From Mustelus asterias (lineage: Eukaryota), in contig NW_027590151.1 of NCBI RefSeq assembly GCF_964213995.1, positions 992,001 to 1,056,000 of the forward strand: a DNA stretch of 64,000 nucleotides, in the 5' to 3' direction. The translations under genes and the position numbers were made by a program. The notes under the pieces were generated by a model. That model worked only from the letters and a program-made list of their open reading frames with translations. It was not told where the DNA came from and ran no database searches. How positions within the stretch are numbered: position 1 is the stretch's first letter; every line of letters begins with the position of its first letter. Shown piece by piece: positions 50,701-62,488 of the stretch.

Positions 50701-51205
50701 TGACAGTAACATTGACACTAACATAATATAACTGCATGAACCTTGATGACAATGTACTATTCTAGCAAAGGTAATTGTTCCAATAGAGTGAATAAATAAG
50801 TAGGCTGGCTGTATACACTGCCTGTCATCCTTATGGTAATTCACTCACAATACCGCTAAGACACTGGAAAAAAAAGTCACACTGTGATAACACGGTTACA
50901 GTTCAAACATGCTTGCAGTGTATCTAACACAATATAACTACAATTACACCATGCAAACAGTCTGATAACTCACACAAAATAGCAGTTCAATGACAGAACA
51001 GAACCAGACATCCACCTTGAAAAAACGGCAGAGGAAGGTATGAAAATATAATGAAAGGGATACATCGTATAGAAGAGCAGTGACCCAGGCTAATCAATAC
51101 ATTCCCCAGAATAACGCCAGGCTAAAATACTTAACCTGGAACCCCGATAGCGGCAAGGAACGGATAGTAAATGGCAAACAGCAGTCCTTGTGGTATTCCG
51201 TGCAT
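47710..51205 (-). CDS. GPR139/GPR142-like class A GPCR, gene 2; exons 51205-51136 and 48620-47710, 326 aa
   Basis: Exon 1 MHGIPQGLLFAIYYPFLAAIGVP with GTTAAG donor; acceptor ttacag at 48621. SMAATDLL, FTFDRFVAICC, CINPFIY; open to TGA. Confidence 0.9.
48670..49456 (+). mobile_element. Penelope-derived half element (~48670-48787) joined to a CR1 3' fragment, in the gene 2 intron
   Basis: Hammerhead-like core on the minus strand; VRQQLEYYVQF peptide; TTCTATG tail. Confidence 0.8.
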
Positions 51206-51255
51206 TTCTAACAGAACCTCGCAAAGCTTTGTTTATTCCAGTCACTCGTTGTCAG

Positions 51256-51291
51256 ATTTATATGTGATGTCAGTCTCCAGGGGCATCATTA
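51256..51291 (-). promoter_or_regulatory. Conserved proximal promoter of GPCR gene 2
   Basis: Reverse complement TAATGA-TG-CCCCTGGAGA-C-TGACATCA-CA-TATAAAT, 50 nt upstream of the ATG. Confidence 0.7.
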
Positions 51292-51559
51292 ATTGGTTTG
51301 GATTTTTAAAACTTTATTGGACTAAATTTAATCAGGGGTTTAGTGCAGCTGCCGTCAGGCTTGTATTTGATGCTCAGATGGAAGGGAAGATCGATTCCAT
51401 GGAAGTAGCGGACTTGTTTCTATTTGAAAGTTTCAAAGTCCATTGTAGAATCGCGTTGACATCTCTAAAAATGTAATGAAAATTAAAGTAGACGATTGAG
51501 TCATGAAAATGAGAATGAAGCCTGCCGGATCCTCGTGTCTGAAACCTTAGTATTTGAGG

Positions 51560-51925
51560 CAATGCGGTGCCGTAGGGGTTATATTGATGAACTACTAATT
51601 CTGAGGATATCCTCCTCGATAGATGTGTTCTACTACCACTGGAAAGTGGTGACATTTTAATTCAGTTAATGGAATTTTGAAGTGAAAGCTATATTCAGTT
51701 CTGGCTGGCCATAAAACTACCATCTATTGTTGCAACATCCTACCTGGTGCACTGGACATTTCACTTTAGTGAAGGAAATAAGCCATCCAGAGCTAGTCTG
51801 GCCTACTTGTCACTGCAGACCGACAACATTAAATCTCCTATAGAATGCCTCAGTAAACTTAAAAATCGAGGGAAATTATGAATGGATAGCAAACGTGACA
51901 GCGAAATCGGCATCCAAAACAACAT
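51560..51925 (+). mobile_element. Old Deu-domain/SacSINE1-like SINE remnant (another piece on - at ~52965-53135)
   Basis: GAAGGAAAT..GTCTGGCCTACTTGTCACTGCAGACC pattern. Confidence 0.45.
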
Positions 51926-53289
51926 TGCAACGGAAATATACCTCAGTGCAAAATATAACTGATCAGTTATCTACTTCTGTAAGGAACAGACGGCCAAGAT
52001 CTTGTTCCTAATGATAACTCACCCTGTGTGATCAAGCCTCACATGCAACTTTGTTCACTACCTGCCTGAGACCCTAAACAAACTTCACCACAACTGTCCA
52101 TCTCTTTGATCGGGACAGGTCCAGTTCATTATTCTTACCTTCGATTTTAAAACACCAGATCATCATCATTTATTTGAATGTGAATATTCCCAGGTCATGA
52201 CAGATCTATTCAATGCGCACAGCCCTAATTCATTGTGAAAACGTCCATATCTTACATTTCAAGCAGGTCGGCAATGCTGCATTCATGTGAAAGATCTTGT
52301 TCGCGATGTTTAAAATCATGGGATTAGCATTGCTACATTCGGTGTTTACAGATTCTAATCTGTTCAGTTACATTCAAAAAATGGTCCATTCAAACAGAGT
52401 CTCATACAATCTGGAGCTGGTCCATTTTAGTCCGCTTAAAAACAGTCTGTGCATGCCCATGTATGTGCGGAAAATGTCTTAATCAGCATGGCTGCGTCTG
52501 GTACTTACTGATTCAGTGCAATGTACTTATATCCGGGGAGACAGGCACCACTGAGCGTGTTGAAATTTATTTTGGACTGGCGCAGGTGGCCTTGCAATGA
52601 AACATTCCTTTCAGGATGTACATTCATTGGAGAAAGGTAAATGCCAGTTACATTCAATACGCGTGTCAAGGGTGTGCAACATTTCGGTATGTGTGGTGAA
52701 GCCTTTTTGCAGTCTGCATAAACCCAGTTTTTTAGTGTGTACTTTATTCCACGTCTTGTGCTTCACCTTTCGTTTCAGTTACATTTACATTTGAATGCTC
52801 ATTTTTATATTATTATATAATATTAATACTATCTTATAATATAATATTAATGTGAGAAAATATTATTCCATATGACACTATACAAAGTACATTATGAAAA
52901 GTGACTGCAAACAATCTCAAACTTTTACAATTAGTTTCAGAATTTAGAAATGTACAGCTTTTTTTATTTATTGTGGGACACGGATGTTACTGGCTGGCCA
53001 GCATTTATTGCCCATCCCAACTTGCCCGAGGGCAGTTGAGAGTCAACCACATGGCTGTGGCTCTGGAGTCACATGTAGGCCAGACAGGGTAAAGACAGCA
53101 GATTTCCTTCCTGAAAGGACATCAGTGAATCAGATCGTAGATTGTTTGGTCCAATTGATTTTTAAATGAATCCTTTCTTCCGCCAAAACATTTCCATTCG
53201 ATGGATACAATGAAGGCATTTGAGAAGGCCTCTAATAGTTTTGATGATATTAGCTTGGAACACTGTTTGTCCATCCGTGTATGCTGAGT

Positions 53290-53592
53290 CCGAATTCACC
53301 CCGGACATACTGTCTTCCACCGTCTTCCGTCTGGAAACAGATACAAAAGTCAGAGGTCATGCACCAACCAACCCAAGCACAGTTTCTTCCCTGCTGCCAT
53401 CAGACGTTTTTATGGATCAACCTTATATTAAGCTGACGTTTCTCTAAATCCTAGCTGTGACCATATCATTACATTCAGCAACCTCTCCTTTCCTTCTCTG
53501 TGTACGGTATTCACTGACTGTATAGCGCCCAAGAAATAAAGTAACTGGAAAATATATGGAAACAACAATAAACTACTCAAATGAAATCAAAA
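53290..53592 (+). mobile_element. Rex1/Babar LINE 3' end
   Basis: Homologous to the antisense 9604-9910 region (CACCCCGGACATACT..GATACAAAAGTC). Confidence 0.7.
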
Positions 53593-55048
53593 TAGTATAT
53601 TCAGTTCTGCGCCATGACATTCTGCTTGGACTGATCCTGTTCCTCCTGGTTTTATGAAGCTTGGAAACACCCATTTTAGCATTGTTACTCGTGTTGTTAA
53701 AATGGTTAGGGCACCGCAGTTTTATTGACTATGTACATGCCGAGTACAGCACGGCATTGAGTTTGCGGAGGGACAACCGACACAATTACATATAGCGTGG
53801 ATTGGCCTGGCCGTAACTGCTTTGTCCTGGAAAACTCCAAGCATGCACGACTGAATTTATTGTGGAGCAGACCTGATCAGGATCTTCTGTATTGTATTGG
53901 GTGTGCAATCACTTGAGAGCAATGTGATTCCTGGACTAGAGGAGTGTGGATTAAAATTCGAGGCAGAACGCAGAGACCCCAATTAAGACTGTCTTTTCCG
54001 TGCAGATATCGAGAGTGCTGCGCTGTTGGATTTCTTTTTCTTCTGGAAGGCACCGTAAAAAGAGTCACTGAATGAAAACTCATTGTGTCGCCCTTGTGAA
54101 GAATGGCTTCACATCTATTTTACTGTATTGTCTAATATTCACTCTTCCATCAACGCCAAATGCATATTCACTCCTCAAGGCAATTTGTTGGGTTTGTTAA
54201 ACGGAAATTGGCGGCATATTAGCAATATATCAAAAATGCTTGTTTGGTTGTAAAACATTTGGTTCGCCCTAATGTCAAGAAATTCGCCGTGTCATACCTT
54301 AGTTTTTGCCCTGAATTCTGTCCCGTTCATCAAATCCCGTGGCTGCATAAATAAAGTGATCAGCTGATCCTCTCATTATTGGAGCAAAATGTCTTGGTTG
54401 ATAATTGTTTGTGACAGTGCAACATGTGCTTACAGAGATTGCTAACCTGCACAAAAATAAACACTTAACATCATCATATTCGGGCGATAGGACAGGCTGT
54501 TTCAAGGTCGAAATATTAAATATTAAATTTCAAGGTTGAATATTTATAAATTTCATTTAAAATGTATTCAGGAACGAATGAACCAGCAATAACCATTTAT
54601 GTCTGGATATTTTTTTGCCTACCTCTCTTGGTATGACACGGTATTGCAGCCAATGTGTCTCACGCAATTAACATTATGTTGGTCAGTGTGAATCAGGAAC
54701 AGAACTGTACTATTTTGCCTCATACATACAAGTGATTCTCTGCAATATGGCTCCACTTGGGTATCAGCGGATGGCCCTGTTTCGCTCCCTGCAGAAATTG
54801 TAACGTCTGTAGGCAGGTTTTTTATCAGAACAGTATACAAATTGATCCTTCGGAAAATTTGATGAGGATTCTGCGGAGGAATCAGAAGATGAGATGGGGA
54901 CCCAGATCAGTAAGCATCAGAACCAGGGATCCAATAGGCATTGGGTGTAACTTCCGGTCCGAATTGCCGGGGTACGTTTCGCAAACGCCGGACATGCGCG
55001 TGGGACATCACAGAAGTGCGCTGAAAGAGCGAGCGCCAATTTTAAACC

Positions 55049-55280
55049 AGAACAGAAAACGCAGGAAAATCTCAGTAGGTCTGGCAGCATCTGTGAGGAG
55101 GGAAAAGAGAGCTCATGTTTCGATTCCAGATGACCCTTTCACAAAACTTTGAAAAATTGTCATCTAGACTCGAAACGTCAGCTCTTTTCTCTCCTGACAG
55201 GTGTTGCCAGACCTGCTGAGATTTTCCAGCATTTTCTTTTTTTGGTTTCAGATTCCAGCATCCGCAGTTATTTGCTTATA
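55049..55280. mobile_element. Palindromic Penelope-pLTR-derived insertion with 14-bp TSD
   Basis: Inverted arms centred near 55147; GCCAATTTTAAACC at 55035-55048 and 55281-55294. Confidence 0.85.
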
Positions 55281-56924
55281 GCCAATTTTAAACCTCCTGT
55301 CGAGGTTCTAAAATCTGCCGGTCCTGAAGCGCTAAGTTGCAATTGTGCCAAAACCTCCGGCATTTGTGCTGTCGTTCGGTGAGTTTTTGCCCTTAGTTAT
55401 TGCACTTTTAATGTTTGGTCCAGCTGCAGCGCATAGAGGCAGTAGCCATTCTTGTTTTACAAAATTGTTTAACAAAGAAGTAAAGCACAGAACGTGAAAT
55501 AAATGATTTTAAAAATATTTTTCAACTTTGTCATGATAACCAATTGCACTAACATATTTGTTCACATATAACAAAGCTAATGTCAGTGTCTGGAGTATAT
55601 TTCAGCATTTGGATTTTGCAATATATTTTAAGCAGTTTTTAACCCTATTTTAAGACTTGATATTCTGTTGAGTTTAGAAGAATGGAAAACGATCTCAGTG
55701 AAGCCCACATAATGCTGAATGGGTTAATAGGATGGACGCAGTGAGACTGTTTCTTCTGGTCTGGGAAATGACCCACGTTTCACGGTCACAGGATAAGGGC
55801 TGAGTTGAGGATAAATTACGAAACTCAAAATGATTGTGAATTTTTGGTATTCTGTCGCCTCGAGGATTATAGATTCTCCACCATTGGACACATTTCAGTC
55901 TAGGATGGACAGAATCCTGGCCCGTCCGAGAATTAGGATCGTGGACTGAAAAAGGAACCTGTAACCCAAGGTCTGCCACTAGTTAAAGTTTCCAGGTCAA
56001 TCGTTACGTTCAATAGTATATTTGAAACATAGATGTCATCAAATATCAAATGTTGAGAAAAATATTCATTAACTTTGATTGTTTGCAACACCGGATGACA
56101 GCAGAGCAGGGAAAATTTATCAGATCTTTATTGTTGTTATGGAAGTACATCGAACTGTGACAATGAATACTGATGAAGGGAGAATACAAATTCACAGCTG
56201 AAAGCACTAGCCATTTGCGCCACCGAGATTGAGACGACTGACCAATCACATCACATCATAAATCAGAGTGTCAGGAAATTTTCTGATATTCCGATCGCAT
56301 TTTCATTTCTACAAAACCTGATCCAGAGCTACAGCGCTTGTATTTCAAAACAAGTCGCTTGACTGTTTTGCCCCCACACTGTTGTGGTTTACTCGTTGCC
56401 CCCTACTGCTAAGGTGGGAAAAGGGCAGTTGAATACAGCAAATACGGAAGAAACTTTTTCCACAAAGAAACGACCACCTGAATATTTCTAATAGGTTGGA
56501 TGTTCGATCTAATTCACTTCCGTTTATATTTCAGTTGATTTAAAATGCCTGTTTAGGAATCCATTTGTCTGGGAAAAAGCAGCAGGACTGCCAAAGTTGG
56601 GACGATATTTTCTTGTTGCTGAAGGATGCAAAACAGAACTATGTCGGGATATAAGTAGAATCAGGGACAGGTTCGTTAGCCCTCGCGAGTCGCAAACCTC
56701 CAGCATTTCGGTACCTTACTACATCGCTAAACACGTTTACTACAGAAGAGCTCATGTGGGTGGGATTAATTCCTTCAGCTGCCTGGGTACAATTCTCCAT
56801 CTCAATGTTGTGCTCATTGGCGTTACTCATAACGAGTTACTGGTTTGAAAAATAATCGTATTGGGTTCGGAACTTTAAATCTGTTTTTCGCTTCACATTT
56901 GCTGCTGGGCAGGCCTACTGCGAA

Positions 56925-57145
56925 AAAAAGACAAAGACAAGAACAGCACGGAAATAGGTCCTTCGGCCTCCAATCCCATGCTGATCATGACATCCTAACT
57001 GAACAAAAATAACTTCCATCCTTACTCGGTCCTTCTCCCTCTATTCCCTCCCTATTCATGTACCAATCCTGATGCCTCCAAATGTTGCTAATGTGCCTGC
57101 TTCCATCAACTCCTCTGGCAGTGCGTTCAGGGCACCCTCCACTCC
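56925..57145 (-). mobile_element. CR1 3' end
   Basis: Antisense tail AAAGACAAAGACAAGAACAGCAC..CCTTCGGCC. Confidence 0.75.
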
Positions 57146-57360
57146 CAACAGAAACAAAAACCCTGCACAACCCCGTTCGAGCATTTTCTGTTTTCATTAT
57201 AACATGAATTACTGGCTTTGTCAGACACATTAACACAAGAAATAGGAGCAGGAATAGGTCATGCAGCCCATCGAGCCAGCTCTGTTGCAGTCACTTTGCA
57301 TCTTTTGCATGGTTGAAATTACAATGTGTAACTTGCAATCATTAATGGAAGTTAAAAAAC

Positions 57361-57433
57361 AATCTCCACCGAGAATTCAACTCGCGACCCCTGTTTTACG
57401 AGGCCAATGTTCTGCCCACTGAATTATGGAGCC
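57361..57433 (-). pseudogene. tRNA-Thr(CGT) pseudogene
   Basis: Reverse complement GGCTCCATAATTCAGTGGGCAGAACATTGGCCT-CGT-AAAACAGGGGTCGCGAGTTGAATTCTCG. Confidence 0.8.
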
Positions 57434-57776
57434 AATCGCTGGCTACAAGGCTGCAACAAGTGTATAATAATCAGTAGACAGATTTCATTTTCAGCTGCAT
57501 GATATTTGAGAGAGATGGATATGTCCGTGCTGGAGTGCAGGGAGTTAAAAGATGTGACTTTAAATGGACACAATTTGTTAGGTGCCAGTTCCTTGAAATG
57601 ATCAGTGACTGCTGTGTGTCTGCCCTGTGATTCTTCTTCTGAGATTATTCTTGTTACATTTCAGAATCTTCCAGCTCTAATACGAATTCATCCAGCTGGA
57701 AGATTAACCTTGTTTCTCCCTCGTAGACGCTGTCGGTGTTGTTTCATTTAATGAATAATTAAATAAAAAGATATTC

Positions 57777-57841
57777 ACTCCGTGCTGGGAATCAAAACCG
57801 AGGCCACGGCGCCGAATCCAACCACTGTAACCGTCGAGGGA
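57777..57841 (-). pseudogene. tRNA-Glu-like pseudogene, anticodon deleted
   Basis: Plus strand GGGAATCAAAACCGAGGCCACGGCGCCGAATCCAACCACT. Confidence 0.6.
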
Positions 57842-58299
57842 AGCTGATATTAGGGATTAGCAACTAGTCGATAAGCTCCGCTTTTACCATTACTTAATTT
57901 CAGGTGATTGCCTCATACACATGCTCTAAAATAATATTAGGAGTCCAATGATGAAGGAGAAAATAAAGTGAAAAATGACAGCCCGTGAATTTAAGCTCAA
58001 TCGTGACTGAAGAATTTTCCCAGTTCCACGCTGTGGACTTCATCTGCCTTCTATATTTGTCGAGTTGTGGACAAATTAACGCCTCAGTGAGTGTCGCGAA
58101 TCTTCTAAAGATGTTAAATGGATCGGGGATGAAGTGCCTCTGTGGATTCCTCATGTAGATTTGTTGTTTTAAATGCCGGCGAATCAAAACTTTATTGCAA
58201 CAATGCAGTCGTTAATTTTCTAAAGGCGCTTCTCTATATTAACGTGGCCGTGTACAGCCATAAGGTAAATAAAATGTTTGGATGTTAGATGCAACAATG

Positions 58300-59830
58300 G
58301 GTAATCAAAATTGGCCATTAGCGTTGTCCCAAGGGAACAATTCGCAAAGCTCCTTCCAACTTTATCGACAGTGTAAACCTTTGTCCACACGGGGAAGCCT
58401 AGCATTGGGCAAGTACACCAGCATCTCTCCTCTGCCCAAAGACGATTTGAAAATTAATGTTAGCGCACCTACTTTGTCCTCGCTGGCCTCACTCAACAGC
58501 CTGACATACATTCCATCAGTCCTGGAGATAATTTTTTCTCATTTTAATGCCGTCAGAACACTTAGAACTACCTACCCGCTTTGTTAAGGCCTTCGGTTGA
58601 ATCGCAGTCCAATCTGATTTAGAAACCAACATCGTCTGTCACAGAAGTGGACACCAGCACAAAGTTTTCATGCAGAACCCTGCTCTACAGTCACCCAGCT
58701 CTACATAAAAAAGCTACTATGATGGTCCTTAGTGAGCCCGACTCTTTCCGAATTATATTTATAATCTTAATCTGCATGCAGAGGAAATTGCGATTTTCCT
58801 TTATTTGATCTATCAGGTTCTTTTCGGAGTCCTTTCCTGGTCTCCCATTTTCCCTTTTGAAGGTCCCTCTTGCCCATTCTATATAACTCTAGGGATTCTG
58901 CTGTTCTGATCCCTCGTTGGCTGCCATTAGCTACCCTTTCCCTCTTTATTCAATGTTGTATATCCCTCGATATCCAATGTTCAGTGGATTTGTTGGTCCC
59001 ACGCTTTTTCTTTATTGGAGAATTTTGACCCTGTCATCTCCTTATTTCCTTCTTCAATGCGTCCGACTGTTCTGTGACAATTTAATGTAAAAATGTCTGC
59101 TCACAGTCAAATCTGGCCAAATCATATCTGATCTTATTAAAATCAGTCTTCATAGAAATATGACGTCTGGGCCATCCTTGTCATTTCCCATAACAATCTT
59201 GTATCTAAATATGCTACGATTGTTATCTGCAAAATGCTCCCCCACTGCTACTGCAACACTTGTTCGGCTCTATTAACTAAAATTCTAAAGTTCTCCCCAT
59301 TCTCTGGTTTATTTCGTTTTCTTTCGAAGCTCCTATTTTTTTTTCTATATTACAATTCTAACTCCCTGTGTTCGCTATGTTTTGTTCACTTTTCATTTCA
59401 TTATTTTGCATCTTAATGAACATAATTCGTGAATGAATGTAATTGTTGGAAGTGGCATGTTTCTATCCAAATACGTGGCAAAGTATCGTTTTAACTTTTA
59501 CCTTTCTTTCCCATCCAGATGTCAATTTTCCCCCCTCATATCTTAATTGCTTCTGTTCTTTATATTTAAAAATCAACATTTCAGACTGAACAAAATCGTT
59601 TTCAAAATTATTGAACAATCTACATATGATGGACGCTGTTCCCTTGCTAACTAGACACTATTAATGCTTGATACTTGGTTTTACATAATTTGTGCCTTGG
59701 TTGGTTCCGCAACCTACTGCAGTAGAAATGCATCTGGTACCGACTGCAGAAATTCCTCACACACAGCATTGGTGCTCATCAGATTTATACAATTTATATA
59801 TAGATTGAATTCGTCCATGAGTATTGTATC
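58300..59830 (-). mobile_element. Very old CR1 ORF2 remnant
   Basis: Patchy similarity to the antisense APE/linker region of the younger CR1 copies. Confidence 0.5.
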
Positions 59831-60453
59831 ACAATTGCGAAGTGCGCCTCTAAATTTCTGACATTTTCAATGCATGTCTTTACGCTGGCTTTGTGTTGGT
59901 CTATGTACAATTGCTTCTGGTATCTGCTGCCCACTGATATATCTTAGATCCACCATAACCGACATGATATTTTGCTTCTCTGATCTAACATGCCTTCCCA
60001 CTAACGTACTGATCTTTTTTTTTACTATAAGCGCTAAACCTCATCATTTTCCTTATTGCCTGCAATTCCTAAATTTCGAAAATTATTTAATATATTATAC
60101 TTTTTTCCCCGAGAAACCGATATTATTCAAGCTATCTTGAACTGGCAGTGAGTTGTCTTAGCTCAGAGATTCGAACGATATTCGATGATGGCCTGAAATC
60201 TTATCAACTTGCAGTGAAAGGCAAGTATTTAATGGCCATGAAAAAAATGAAACTGTCAACCAAGTTTTTGTCTCAGTGGAATAAGCATCCATTTGGAAAG
60301 TGTGCATTTGGAGCACAAAGGAAGACTGCAATTGAGAGAAATACTTATTGAATATTCAAAAAAATGTCATTCCGCTTTATTGTATTTGGACGCAGAAGCA
60401 AGAATAATGCAACATTTCATGCAGTTACGCTCTCTCTTTAAGCCATTTCGTTA

Positions 60454-61326
60454 TTATACTGAGGCATATTTAATTGTGTCCTTCAATTCTCCCCTGAATT
60501 TAGCCTGAATTCCTGCATACATTCACGTATTGGTGCTGGAACTCAAGAGTTGCAGCATCTACTCACTTTCCTGAAGGAGAAATTTTGGGCAGTTAGCATT
60601 AGAACTTATGGAATAGTTATTGCCTGCGATTTGGACAAATAGGAAATTTACAACATAAATCAACCACAGGAGGAGCCATATTTCTGAGATGGCAAAAAGT
60701 AATATGATAGACATTCTGCGCCTCTCCATCTCTGGGTCACTCTGATTCTGCCCATTATTTTGGGTTCGGAGTCTCCTTCGGGCTCTACTGGCCGATGTAA
60801 TGTGTCTGACAGTCACTGCATTGAGCAGAAAAATGAAGATAACAGGGAGACATGGGGTGAGAATACGGTCCAGCAAGTCAAACACTCTCCAAGAAAAAGC
60901 AATATAACTGACTTTCGTGATGCTGCAGTACCATGGTGCGTTTTTTAGGAAAATACATACGTTCAAATATGAAGTAAAAGGGGATGTTTTTTCGACAGCA
61001 TAAGGCGCACACCATTCCGATAACCACAGTGCTGTTTTTTCAGTGAAGTATTTCGCCTTCAGCTGCTGATAACATATGGCAACGAAGCGATCGAATGTAA
61101 AAGCGACTGTTCACCAGACAGACCAATCTCTGGACAATAACCACACTAAGCCCGGTGTCGTGGACAGGAAACTGGCTGAGAAGTGAATAGCACGAATTCG
61201 ATTTAATAGCGCAGCAGTGACAATCACAAGGAGATCCGTGACCGCCATGGATACCAGGCCCTAAGTGATGCATCTGGACAGACCACAACGTCCGCGAGAC
61301 AGGATCACAATTGTCACCAAGTTATC
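60454..61326 (-). pseudogene. GPR139-like GPCR pseudogene (exon 2), gene 3
   Basis: NLVTIVILSRGRCGLSRCIT*, AFTFDRFVAIC, LTPCLP..LLNAVTVRHI, QSDPEMERRR. Several stops, deletions, no AG acceptor; exon 1 not confidently found in the window. Confidence 0.9.
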
Positions 61327-62059
61327 AGAATGAAAGTGAAAGCGAGAACGAAATTGAATTACTGATTTGCCTGATAGGTGCATGAATTTGATGGCAGTAT
61401 AATATAGATTCGTATTAATCAATGATACAACGGATCGATTTGCCAAAGCATTACAGCCTGCCCTTTAAAAGCAGTGTAACATTGTAATTTAATGAATAAA
61501 ATTAAATGCAATTTTGATTTTTAGACTCATACAATCATTACATATAATCGGAGTTGAAGAAACCAAATTGCATTATTGTAATAAAATCAACAAAATTGGG
61601 GACGTTAACACTGAATTAGCAAATAAAACACACTACACAAGTATTGCTTCCAGAAGGCAAATAATGAGAATAAGAGCTCGAAATCAATTGAATAATAGTA
61701 AAATCCAGCGAATGTAAGGCAGTGAGTAATGTCAGATAATAAACATCACAATGAAAAATGTTGAAGTAACAAAATCACCTTCAGTAATAATTTTGATGCA
61801 GTTCGCTTATCCTGCAGGAACTTCAGCAGTTTTTGGGTAGTGATTTCATTCATGAGCAATGTCATGGCAAGCGAGGTCGTGCTACCTTAGTGAGGGGGAT
61901 CATAGATTCATCTGAATGCAATTCTAATATTCCTTAATTTATATTCCAATATTCCTTTCGTTATAAACCAATACTGGTTAAAAGGAATATTGTTCATGGC
62001 AAACAGATTGAGATGCTTGTTGTCCTTCAAACAGTGACACGGGTTCTGTAAATCATGAA

Positions 62060-62488
62060 GCAGAACGTCTTTCATTCGAAAGACGGAGGAGGAGGGGAGA
62101 CCTCATAGATGTCTACAAAATTATGGGAGTCATAGACAGGGTGGTTAATCAGAGGCCTTTTCTCGAGGGTGGAAGTGTCTGTTACAAGGGGACATGGGTT
62201 CAAGGTGGTGGGGGAACTTTTTAAGGGAGATATGCGGGGACATTTTTCACGCAGAGAGTGGTGGGTACCTGGAACGCTCTGCCAGAGGAGGTGGTGGAAG
62301 CAGGCACATTATCAACATTTAAGAGTCATCTGGATGGGTTCAAGAATAGGGAGGGAATAGAGGCATACCGAACGAGTAAGAGTTGATTTTTTTCTTTAGC
62401 TTAGTTAAGGCGTCATGATCGGCACATGCTCGGAGGGCCAGGGGCCTGTTCCCGTGCCGCACTTCTCTCTTTATTTTGTTTCTTTATT
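62060..62488 (+). mobile_element. CR1 3' end
   Basis: RGDLIDVYKIM, GHGFKV peptides and CR1 tail. Confidence 0.8.
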
